Shown: piece after piece, positions 21,017-30,821 of the stretch | Position numbering within the stretch: position 1 is the first letter of the stretch | How the letters are laid out: each line of letters starts with the position of its first letter | Assembly (NCBI GenBank): GCA_024181965.1 | Contig: BQXS01011278.1 | Span: 1-39,598 of the forward strand | Direction: 5' to 3' | Source of the DNA: Aduncisulcus paluster | Lineage: Eukaryota | DNA: 39,598 nucleotides | Notes under the pieces: model-generated | The model's database searches: none | Told to the model about the DNA's origin: nothing | Seen by the model: the letters and a program-made list of their open reading frames with translations, nothing else | Position numbers and translations under genes: made by a program

Positions 21017-21460
21017 TATCAAATCGTTGTCAAAATGCGGTAAATAAAAATTCCACTTGATTCACCGCATGTCTGAGAACAATAAGGAAGAAATTTTATT
21101 CAAAATTATATTTTATATTACAATATTTTCTGATCCAGTTGTTTTATTCTCAAATTCAAGCGACAGACACTCTCTGTCAAAGCTTCGGAAGCTTTGGGAA
21201 ATCCATTGGAAATTTGAAATATTACCAATTAAAAAATAAAAACATACCCAAATTTATTCTAAAAATCATAAAATCCATACGATATTCCACTATTACCCAA
21301 AATATTCGGCTTGTGCTACTTCCCCATCCGTATGGGTAGTTCCTGCTTCCCAAAAAGGTTCTGTATTAGCGTGTAACAAATCGAGATATAAAAAATATGT
21401 TAGCGTTCATATTACAATTACTATTGATATATCCTTTTTCCTCTTCAAGAGAAAAGAAGT

Positions 21461-23725
21461 CTAGGCTGAACAACAGCCTCCCTGTTTTGCTTCAGCAGCC
21501 TCTTCTGCTTCCTTCTCTTTCCTGTTATCCTCGGTAATCTTCTTCCTCGTCATATCTTCAAGGGTTACTGTTGGAACCTTCTCTTCCTCTTCTTCCTCTT
21601 CTTTCACTTCTTCCTCTTCTTTCACTCCTTTCACTTCTTTTTCTTCTTCGACCTTTTCTTCTTCGACCTTTTGTTGTTCGATTTGTTTTTGGATGATTTC
21701 CTCTTCCTTCTCCTCTTCGACAACCTTTTCTTCCTCTTCTTTCTTTTGTTCCTCTTCAACAACCTTTTCTTCCTCTTCTTTCTTTTCTTCCTCTAAAAAG
21801 GGTCCAACTTCTTCAGTCCCGTCTCCATAAGCACCAAAGGCTGCCATTTCTTCAGCTTCGAGTCTCCGTTTTTCCTCTTCAGCGGCAATTCTTTCTTCAT
21901 CTTCTTGTTGCATTTGCCTTTCCATTTCCATGGCTTCTTGAGCCCTGAGTTTCCTTACTTCTTCCTTGGCAGCTTCAATGGCTTCCTCCTCCTCTTTCAA
22001 TATGCGTTCTTTTTCTTCAGCATCGAGTTCTTCCTCCTCTTCGCCTTCTTCGCTCCACTCGTCCTTTTCCCGAGGAGCAGGCTTTTCAAGTTCAAGATCC
22101 CAACCATCACACTCTTTGCTAGAAACACCTCTCATAGTAGCTTTCAAAGGATGGCTTGAATTCTCACTCACGAGCCCCATTCGCAGATCAATTTCTTCAT
22201 CGCTCACAGCACTGACCACACCAAGACAACCGTGGCCCATGAATTGTGGATTTTTGAACACACAGGTACACTCTACAGTGAAAACAAGGTCTTGTTCAAC
22301 CTTTTCTTGCGGAATAATGACATAGTTATCGATGCAATGACTACAATAACCAACCCGAGTAACTTCATGGTTCTTCTTCCATGGAGGAATAACAGTCAAA
22401 CGTAGGACTTTGACTTCACGACGCTTGTCCTTAATCATTCGTGGGTTCAAAGTCTCCAAATTCATTGTGATGATACGACCATTTGGATAAGCTCTCTTTC
22501 CAAGCTTTGAGGCAGGCACCTTTAATGTCATAACACAATGGCCTTCATCAGGACCCATTAACCTCACAAAATGTTTGAAGAAATGCTCAAAACGAGAGGG
22601 GAACAGAGCACCTTGGAAGTCCTCGAACACAGAAAGGAAATCACTCCATTCAATATAGAAAATACCATCATTGGCGTCAGTGTGCTTTAAAACATCAAGT
22701 AAAGTCCTGCCATCGTCGAGTTTTTCTTTCCAAATATCATCTTTATCGCCAAATGCTCCATTCCATTCGCCGTCCTTGCCCCAAGGGTTCATCATCTTGA
22801 CGAGGCGAAGCATGCTCTTCTTGGCTTTCAATGATGGAGGCAAGTGGGCTTTCCGAAGCTGAATCAAGTCCATAATTCCATATGCATGGTTTCCAACAAG
22901 CCCCTTTTGTTGTGATATCGCAGCTGCCCCAAACACACCCTTTTGGGCCTTAAGACAGTTTTTCATATAATCAAATAGATAGGATTTTTCACAATCTTTC
23001 GACATTACTCTTGGGAGAGGCACGGAAGGAGTCAAAGCAGCCAGTCCGTGGGACACGAAGCCACCACAGATATTATCATAACCTCCACAAAGTTTTGCGA
23101 ATCCTTTCTCAATCATAGACACCCATAACTCTTTGATGTTGTCACTTCGAGAGGTAATTGGTTGCCAGGCAGTGACTGTTAGCGATCCATCGTGATTCCT
23201 CTGCAATCTCAAAGGACATAAGGCTAATTTGCGATCAACGGGCACAAACACTGGTTTACCGAGGACATAAAAACGAGTGACAATCCTACCGCTCTCAGGA
23301 TCATCAATAGGGATGAATTTGTCAAGAAGCCAGGGGAATGGAGCAAGAGCACAGATACTGGAGATAAACCAACAATCTCCAATAGATCCTTGGTGAATAT
23401 CGCTAATATGGATACCATCTTCATCAGTCAAGACACTATCTTCAATTTCTCTATATGTCATCTTGCCTTCAAATCCGTGAGAAGATATTAATTCGTATTT
23501 CTGTCCAAAAGCTTTTTTAGCATCAGTAAAAACCGGATCAACGTATGGAGTAGTACTTGAACCCTCCATAGAGAAGGTAGCATCTGTCGCATACGATGTA
23601 ATAAGCTCTAAACCAAGCTCTTGTAAATTTTTTCCAGCATCAATACCAGAAGTTCTAACATCGTCGACGTTAGTAGCTTCATAATACCGCATTTTTGTTT
23701 TTTCTGTTGTTCCAATGTCGCTCAT
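21461..23725 (-). CDS. Calpain-family cysteine protease (CysPc) with a Glu/Lys-rich tail and C-terminal GGCCSA
   Basis: Catalytic triad motifs QGSIGDCWF, GNHAYG and NPWG; also WVSMIEKGFAKLCGGY and DGIFYIEWSDF. Confidence 0.92.
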   Translation of the reverse strand: MSDIGTTEKTKMRYYEATNVDDVRTSGIDAGKNLQELGLELITSYATDATFSMEGSSTTPYVDPVFTDAKKAFGQKYELISSHGFEGKMTYREIEDSVLTDEDGIHISDIHQGSIGDCWFISSICALAPFPWLLDKFIPIDDPESGRIVTRFYVLGKPVFVPVDRKLALCPLRLQRNHDGSLTVTAWQPITSRSDNIKELWVSMIEKGFAKLCGGYDNICGGFVSHGLAALTPSVPLPRVMSKDCEKSYLFDYMKNCLKAQKGVFGAAAISQQKGLVGNHAYGIMDLIQLRKAHLPPSLKAKKSMLRLVKMMNPWGKDGEWNGAFGDKDDIWKEKLDDGRTLLDVLKHTDANDGIFYIEWSDFLSVFEDFQGALFPSRFEHFFKHFVRLMGPDEGHCVMTLKVPASKLGKRAYPNGRIITMNLETLNPRMIKDKRREVKVLRLTVIPPWKKNHEVTRVGYCSHCIDNYVIIPQEKVEQDLVFTVECTCVFKNPQFMGHGCLGVVSAVSDEEIDLRMGLVSENSSHPLKATMRGVSSKECDGWDLELEKPAPREKDEWSEEGEEEEELDAEEKERILKEEEEAIEAAKEEVRKLRAQEAMEMERQMQQEDEERIAAEEEKRRLEAEEMAAFGAYGDGTEEVGPFLEEEKKEEEEKVVEEEQKKEEEEKVVEEEKEEEIIQKQIEQQKVEEEKVEEEKEVKGVKEEEEVKEEEEEEEKVPTVTLEDMTRKKITEDNRKEKEAEEAAEAKQGGCCSA

Positions 23726-24172
23726 TTTTTCTTTTTTTCTTATGTAGACAAATCTGGTTGGAATCCGATTTGTTTTTCCAATGGGAGATTCACACGATTT
23801 TTCATATATTGGAAAGATATTTTGTTGATTTTGGTACTCTTATAAACTTCATCGCGTTAAGATCTGTGATTTTTTATGTTTTCAAACGTTCAGGAAAATT
23901 GTTCTTTTTGAGTCTTGACCACTGGTGGCCTTATTGCAATTCAGATAGTGATCAGGACACATTTCACGTTAACATAAAGGACATTTAGTACCCTTGCAAA
24001 CATCTGAGACCAAGCCCACACGTTTGCGACATACACACATTGTGCCAATTATTGTGAGATCAAAATCATAGTAGCAATAATTCATACCAGATAGAGTTTG
24101 TAATGAGAATAAAAAGTTTTATGATTAGTTGATTCGACGATATCGATTGAAATTTCACATTGTACAGCAGTA

Positions 24173-25617
24173 ATGAGTGAGAACGAACAAGATACCCATA
24201 TTGAAACAGGACACGACGAATCAATAGTCGACGGATCAATAGTTAATGATGAAACGAAGCATCCTGTTGTTGCTGAGAGCAGAATTTCTGATCCTGCTGC
24301 TGTCGCCTCTGATATTGATAATGAGGAAGCTGAAAGGGCAGTTACCGATAAGCCAATAGAGAATGAGTCGGAAGAAGAAGAAGACGATGAAGATTCCTCC
24401 TCCTCTTCTGTTTCTTCAACTTCCTCCGAGTCCGAGCAAATAGAGGATAAAAAGACGGGTGATTCTGAGGATAACGACAATCAAAAAGAACAAGAAGAAG
24501 AAAACAAACAACTTGTTGAAGAAATGAAACGTCAGGAAGAAGAGGCCGAGAAAAGACAAAAAGAAGAATTAGAACGNNNNNNNNNNNNNNNNNNNNCGCC
24601 TCTGATATTGATAATGAGGAAGCTGAAAGGGCAGTTACCGATAAGCCAATAGAGAATGAGTCGGAAGAAGAAGAAGACGATGAAGATTCCTCCTCCTCTT
24701 CTGTTTCTTCAACTTCCTCCGAGTCCGAGCAAATAGAGGATAAAAAGACGGGTGATTCTGAGGATAACGACAATCAAAAAGAACAAGAAGAAGAAAACAA
24801 ACAACTTGTTGAAGAAATGAAACGTCAGGAAGAAGAGGCCGAGAAAAGACAAAAAGAAGAATTAGAACGTCAAAAACAGGAGGAAGAAGAGAAGCTCCGC
24901 GAAGAACAACGCGTAACTGCCGAACAAGAAATGTCTAAACGTGAAGAATCTTCTGATTCAACCGAGCTATCAGAAAAAGGTTCAGTTGAAAAAGATAACG
25001 AAGACCTTCCCCATTCCCCCATTCAAACTACCGTTGTTGTGCCTGGAAGGGATGAGATTGTGCCCCAACCTCCAGCAGAGAAGCCTTATGTATACAAACG
25101 CCCAATCAACATAGGGAGACCTGCCAGTCAGTCCCAGGATCGTCCTGGAGAAGAGAAAGAGTATGTAACTTCATTATTACCAACATCTGCTTTCTCAAGG
25201 TATAAAATCAAGTGTGAAGAGATCAAATGTTTCCCCAACCCTTACTTGTGCAAACTATTATCTGCTGCCGGCGATTCCAAGAGTGAAATCACTCACCTCG
25301 ACCTTAGCAAGACATATATTGGTGACAAGAACGCTGTGAGTCTTGCCCATGCCCTGAAAGACCAACGTCTCGTCGACCTTGATATTTCTCAGAATGGTAT
25401 TGGAAATGACGGATGTGTTGCTCTCTGCGAGGCCCTTCGAGGAACCCAGATTCGTAAGATTAGCCTTCAGCAGAATATGATTTCAGAGAGAGGAGCCAAG
25501 GCTATCCTCTCATTACTCGAGGGCACTCCTTCTCTCTTGGATGTCAATTATAGCGGTAATCCCATCAGAAGTCGGTTAAGGACCAGGCTTTTGAAAGAAT
25601 TGATGAAACGAAAGTAA
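24173..25617 (+). CDS. RNI-like leucine-rich-repeat protein with an acidic/coiled N-terminus (~383 aa after removing the duplication)
   Basis: Removing 293 nt joins ORFs 24173 and 24817 in frame. LRRs: ITHLDLSKTYIGDKNA, LVDLDISQNGIGNDG, IRKISLQQNMISERGA, LLDVNYSGNPI. Confidence 0.88.
24304..24869. repeat. Gap-flanking duplication (273 bp x2); assembly artefact
   Basis: 24304-24576 matches 24597-24869 around 20 N. Confidence 0.9.
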
Positions 25618-25876
25618 TGATGATTTACATTTTACTCGTTTTTCAACAATGAAGCAAGTCCAATGGACTTAGTCCATTTATTTATTTCGCCCTTTCTTGT
25701 ACCTATATTTTTAGATTGATTGAACTTCACTTTCAGCAATCAAATTGATTCAATTATTGAGAATAAATATCCAATTATTCCCATAATATTGTAGATACTC
25801 AGAGAGCTCTGAGAAACAAACACAGAGAGAGTTAAGTGAGACTATATATTAAATAGTCTCCTAAAACACAACAGAG

Positions 25877-27374
25877 GAACATTAGCTCGAAGCACAAAAA
25901 TAATCAATGCAACACCACTCCACAATTCAATAAGAATCGACCGAAAAGAAGAAGAATATAGAATGATAGAGAGAGAGAGAGAGAGAAAGGAAGAAAAAAG
26001 ATAAAAGGATATGAATTACAAAAGATAGAAATAGACATAAGAATATGCCAAAAAAATCAAAATATATAGATATAATAAAACTATTTTCTGCATGTTATAA
26101 AATTAGAACATGAGAAAGAATGGAGAAGTATAATGCCAGAGATTAAACAAATAAGCCAAGGGAAAAAGCAGAAGATGATCGATTAGAATTATCGATCTCA
26201 TTTATCAAAAAAGATTGTAAATAATTGCAAATAGATTGGAATAACGATTGTATTATATGAATTGAATAGAACCTCATTGAGAGAGATAGAAAAATGAGAA
26301 CAGTCAATTCAATAATAATAATAATAATAATAAAATCACAAATATATAGATATAATAAAACTATTTTCTGCATGTTATAAAATTAGAACATGAGAAAGAA
26401 TGGAGAAGTATAATGCCAGAGATTAAACAAATAAGCCAAGGGAAAAAGCAGAAGATGATCGATTAGAATTATCGATCTCATTTATCAAAAAAGATTGTAA
26501 ATAATTGCAAATAGATTGGAATAACGATTGTATTATATGAATTGAATAGAACCTCATTGAGAGAGATAGAAAAATGAGAACAGTCAATTCAATAATAAGA
26601 ACATTAGCTCGAAGCACAAAAATAATCAATGCAACACCACTCCACAATTCAATAAGAATCGACCGAAAAGAAGAAGAATATAGAATGATAGAGAGAGAGA
26701 GAGAGAGAAAGGAAGAAAAAAGATAAAAGGATATGAATTACAAAAGATAGAAATAGACATAAGAATATGCCAAAAAAATCAAAATATATAGATATAATAA
26801 AACTATTTTCTGCATGTTATAAAATTAGAACATGAGAAAGAATGGAGAAGTATAATGCCAGAGATTAAACAAATAAGCCAAGGGAAAAAGCAGAAGATGA
26901 TCGATTAGAATTATCGATCTCATTTATCAAAAAAGATTGTAAATAATTGCAAATAGATTGGAATAACGATTGTATTATATGAATTGAATAGAACCTCATA
27001 GAGAGAGAGAGAGAGAGAAAGGAAGAAAAAAGATAAAAGGATATGAATTACAAAAGATAGAAATAGACATAAGAATATGCCAAAAAAATCAAAATATATA
27101 GATATAATAAAACTATTTTCTGCATGTTATAAAATTAGAACATGAGAAAGAATGGAGAAGTATAATGCCAGAGATTAAACAAATAAGCCAAGGGAAAAAG
27201 CAGAAGATGATCGATTAGAATTATCGATCTCATTTATCAAAAAAGATTGTAAATAATTGCAAATAGATTGGAATAACGATTGTATTATATGAATTGAATA
27301 GAACCTCATTGAGAGAGATAGAAAAATGAGAACAGTCAATTCAATAATAATAATAATAATAAAATCACAAATAT
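25877..27374. repeat. Mosaic tandem repeat: four copies of a ~217-bp core with variable flanking blocks
   Basis: Core copies start at 26061, 26341, 26783 and 27093. 25877-26277 matches 26599-26999; 25966 onward matches 26998-27374. Contains (GA)n and (AAT)n tracts. Confidence 0.92.
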
Positions 27375-27576
27375 GCTTCTCTTTGAAACATAATGAGAAA
27401 TATCTAAAAATAGATTTAGAAAAGAAGTAATATGCTTGAAAACATCCCGAGAAATGAATAATAGATCATCAGATTTCATTTGTAAATAAATGAAAAGAGA
27501 ATCATATATATTAATTATATTTTATAAAGAAAAACAACAAAGAATCGAATAGAATAGAATTTTTAAAACAAACAAA

Positions 27577-27605
27577 TACTGTACTGTACTATACTGTACT
27601 GTACT
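27577..27605. repeat. (TACTG)n pentamer repeat in the 3' flank of the LBP/BPI gene
   Basis: tactg tactg tacta tactg tactg tact. Confidence 0.8.
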
Positions 27606-27645
27606 AACGATAAAACAACAAGGATTTCATCGCTTCAATCAAATT

Positions 27646-29313
27646 CTACCCAAGGAATTGACTGCATACAGAGTTTGATTTAATCTGCATGCTTGACTGC
27701 GAGTTTGGAGGAGAAAGTCGAGGGGATGAAATAGGTGAGCCGTTCAGATGCTCATGTAAATTACTTTCAATCTGATTCACAAGCTGCTCTTTCTGTTCGC
27801 TTGAAAGTATATTTATCCTCTCCTTTCCATCACAAGGACAGACATCCCCGAGCAGGGCAACATAATCATCACCAAAGAAGGCCATTTCATTACAAAAACA
27901 GCCATCTCCAACGACTATACCATCAATCTTGAATGCAGCAGCGAACGAAGACAACCAGGGCACGAAATAAGAGCTGAGATAGTTGAGAGATGTGAAGAGG
28001 AACCCACTCATATCGACATTGCCAGCACCGACAGTGAACACGATATCTGAGCATGTGTAAAGGTCGAAATCGAAGAAGAGACTATTGTCAGAAACATCAA
28101 CAGTGGGCCACGCAACCATATTGATAGTTGCAGTAGCAGAAACAATCGTAGTCCAAGAATCGCCCATTGAAGACTTCTGAGATATTGAAATTATCACAGG
28201 ATACTGAATATCCACTGCAGAAACAAGCATGAAGACATCCGGAACATCTTGAACAATCACGGAGAAGGTACTAAGACAAGTGTCATCATCAACGAGGCAC
28301 ATACCTGGTATTGTGGAGCCATCTGGGACAAGGATGCTCAAAGATGAAGAGGAAATACTCCCAGAATAATTGAATGCATCCCTGTAATAAAAGATCCAAG
28401 CCAAAGAACCGATATAATCAAGAGAAAAAATATGCTGAAGTCCACTAGAATCAATAACATCGGGAATCTCGTCACCAAGATGCATGGACGTGTACAATGG
28501 CGTATCATCTTGGACCCAAACATAAGAATAGGTTGAAGCCATGTACTGAGTCACAATTACAGGATCAGCCACCATGCGTTCATCTAGACCACTTGTAAGT
28601 GAGTCATTTGCATTCCCGGGTCCATGATTCTCATTCACATTCACTTGATTGCAAGTGGGACTGTTTCTAATCGCAGCATTCACCATAGTCTCAACAGAAG
28701 TCTTGAGAGCAATATCAATAGTGTTCTCAACAAGAACTGTGATCGTAGGTTCGAGCGCAGCAACAATAATTGAATATAAATCTTCCATATTTCCATGAAT
28801 AACAATATTCAAACTCTCGATTGTAAATTCAACATCATCCATTTGAAGGTATTCATACCCTTCATCATCAGCAGTCAATCCAACAAGAACATAAAAATAT
28901 GCCTTGGAAACAGATACATCGAGCTCTCCACCATCAGACATATAAGGGAATGTCTGTTGTTTGAAGCTCCATTGGAAGGTTAAGCGAACCTCCAGATCAG
29001 TGGCGTGAGCATTGACACCAATATCGTCAGTAAATCCCAAAGAAACATCTCCAATATAAAAAGTTGTGAATGCACCATCGTCTAGATTAAAAGTAATGGA
29101 GCCAATTGGAGTATTAATATTGAAAGAAGTGTCTGGGATATTTACGGAAGCAACAGCTTCAACAATCTCTTCCTTAAAAATATCACAGTATGTATCCACA
29201 GCAGAGAGAGTTAATGTTTCCTTTCCACCACGATATGACTGGAAAGATGTGTCAGAGAACACTGATTCGAAAATAAGAAGGAAAAGAAGTAGGAAAATAC
29301 AATGAAAATTCAT
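27646..29313 (-). CDS. Secreted LBP/BPI (TULIP superfamily) lipid-binding protein, 555 aa
   Basis: Signal peptide MNFHCIFLLLFLLIFESVFS; VNIPD; WSFKQQTFPYMSDGGELDVSVS and LNIVIHG...LYSIIV are typical of the BPI N-terminal domain; length fits two BPI domains. Confidence 0.75.
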   Translation of the reverse strand: MNFHCIFLLLFLLIFESVFSDTSFQSYRGGKETLTLSAVDTYCDIFKEEIVEAVASVNIPDTSFNINTPIGSITFNLDDGAFTTFYIGDVSLGFTDDIGVNAHATDLEVRLTFQWSFKQQTFPYMSDGGELDVSVSKAYFYVLVGLTADDEGYEYLQMDDVEFTIESLNIVIHGNMEDLYSIIVAALEPTITVLVENTIDIALKTSVETMVNAAIRNSPTCNQVNVNENHGPGNANDSLTSGLDERMVADPVIVTQYMASTYSYVWVQDDTPLYTSMHLGDEIPDVIDSSGLQHIFSLDYIGSLAWIFYYRDAFNYSGSISSSSLSILVPDGSTIPGMCLVDDDTCLSTFSVIVQDVPDVFMLVSAVDIQYPVIISISQKSSMGDSWTTIVSATATINMVAWPTVDVSDNSLFFDFDLYTCSDIVFTVGAGNVDMSGFLFTSLNYLSSYFVPWLSSFAAAFKIDGIVVGDGCFCNEMAFFGDDYVALLGDVCPCDGKERINILSSEQKEQLVNQIESNLHEHLNGSPISSPRLSPPNSQSSMQIKSNSVCSQFLG

Positions 29314-29643
29314 GTTATTGATGTCAACAATTTTTTTTCGCCAAATAGAATGGATGATGAAAACAAGTCGGCTCGACAGAAATAATTTTTGTTCGTGGGC
29401 AGAACAAAACCTTCTATTTCCGAGTGTGACAAGAGTTCTCAATATACTAGTGATTTTCTTAAATATAATTGATATATTTCCCCATAATAATATTCTCATA
29501 TATCATTATTATTGAGAAAAAAAGCTCTGCTTGATGATCGCGCTAACATTTCATTCCAAAGGAATTCGGCCATTTTATTCATAATTCAACTTATAAATAT
29601 TCGAATAAACATGATTTTAGAAATATGTATACTGTATGCATCT

Positions 29644-30451
29644 CTATTCGATCTCTTTATAAGAAGCAACAGACCAGTCACAATCAATTTTGACTGGACG
29701 AGAGAGAGAAGTCCCTGTTTCAGACACCTTAGCAAATTGAATGTCACTGCTTTGCTTGCAATCACGAGCAACACAAACTTTCACGCATTTTTGGAGGAGA
29801 GCTGCAGCCTGATCCTCAGTAATCTCTGGATTCCATTCCCTTCTGATCATTGGAAGGGCCAAATCCTCAGCATAACCAGTGGCAGTATAATCACATTCAA
29901 AATGAGTTCCATAAAGATCGATATAACCAAGGAAAGACTTTCCATCCTTGTCAGAACCCGCCACAATTAAATATGTCCATTTAGGTTTCATATCTGAACG
30001 ATGGTGATATAATATTCTTGTTAATAATGTGTGGATCTCTGAGGCATTGAGAACAACGCCATCATCTTGTTGAACATCATGTTCTCTAAAAGGGAATGAA
30101 GGAAAATCAAATAATAAGAAATAAAAGAAGATGCCTAATTAATAAAACATAAACAAAAATGAAACAACACATACATTTCTTTCTCCATTTCTTCCATTAA
30201 TGTAGTAAAATCAGCATGATCTCCTGTAAAAGAAATGAGAGTATTATCACCGAAGCTACGAATTCTAGAAAATCCCCTATACCTCGCCATCCTTCCAAAG
30301 GATACTATATAATATAATTAGAACAAGTTCATGAAAAGACAAACAGTTGATTTGAAAATAAAAAGTAGAATAACATACACAATGTATCGGCCGTCATCAT
30401 CACACCACCTTTATACTTTATCGCAATAATTGAACCTCCAGAAAGAGTCAT
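29644..30451 (-). CDS. PSMB4: 20S proteasome subunit beta7; exons 30451-30379, 30304-30175, 30085-29644
   Basis: Spliced product MTLSGGSIIAIKYKGGVMMTADTLLSFGRMARY...GDHADF...LTRILYHHRSDMKPKW...FLGYIDLYG...ATGYAEDLALPMIR...ARDC matches beta7/Pre4 motifs. Confidence 0.93.
30086..30174 (-). other. Spliceosomal intron, 89 nt
   Basis: GTATGT..TAG, phase 2; restores conserved beta7 sequence. Confidence 0.9.
30305..30378 (-). other. Spliceosomal intron, 74 nt
   Basis: GTATGT..TTCTAAT..TAG, phase 1; restores ADTLLSFG. Confidence 0.9.
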
Positions 30452-30821
30452 CTGTTTGTATCAAAGAAAACTCTTACCAAAAATCCTTGACAAGAGATCA
30501 GACATTAAGTGGCAAATTTAACAAAGATTTCCGATATAACATGTTATTTAATGATAATTATGAGAAGATTTTTTCAAGGAATCTTCGTATATGACGATAT
30601 AGATAAGTTTTTTTGTCAAATCCTCCTCTGGAATTTTAAATCCAAAAAAAAATGGATATTGTCATTAAAAAATGGTATTACATTCTAAAAAGCACCAAGA
30701 TACTCCAAGTTAACATTGTATCCTCTGAATAACTAGAAGCCTCCTCCTTTGTGTTATCACGGAATAATTTTTATCATCAACTTAATCTTTTAATTCAATC
30801 AAACCTACTTTAAAAAAACAC

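Noticed and set aside
25877..27374. CRISPR array or coding repeat (ORFs 26143-26373 and 26423-26647)
   Set aside because: Units are over 200 bp with no unique spacers, the context is eukaryotic, and the ORFs are low-complexity translations of the repeat.
29512..29970. Plus-strand 152-aa ORF
   Set aside because: It has a TTG start and overlaps the conserved beta7 exon 3 in antisense.
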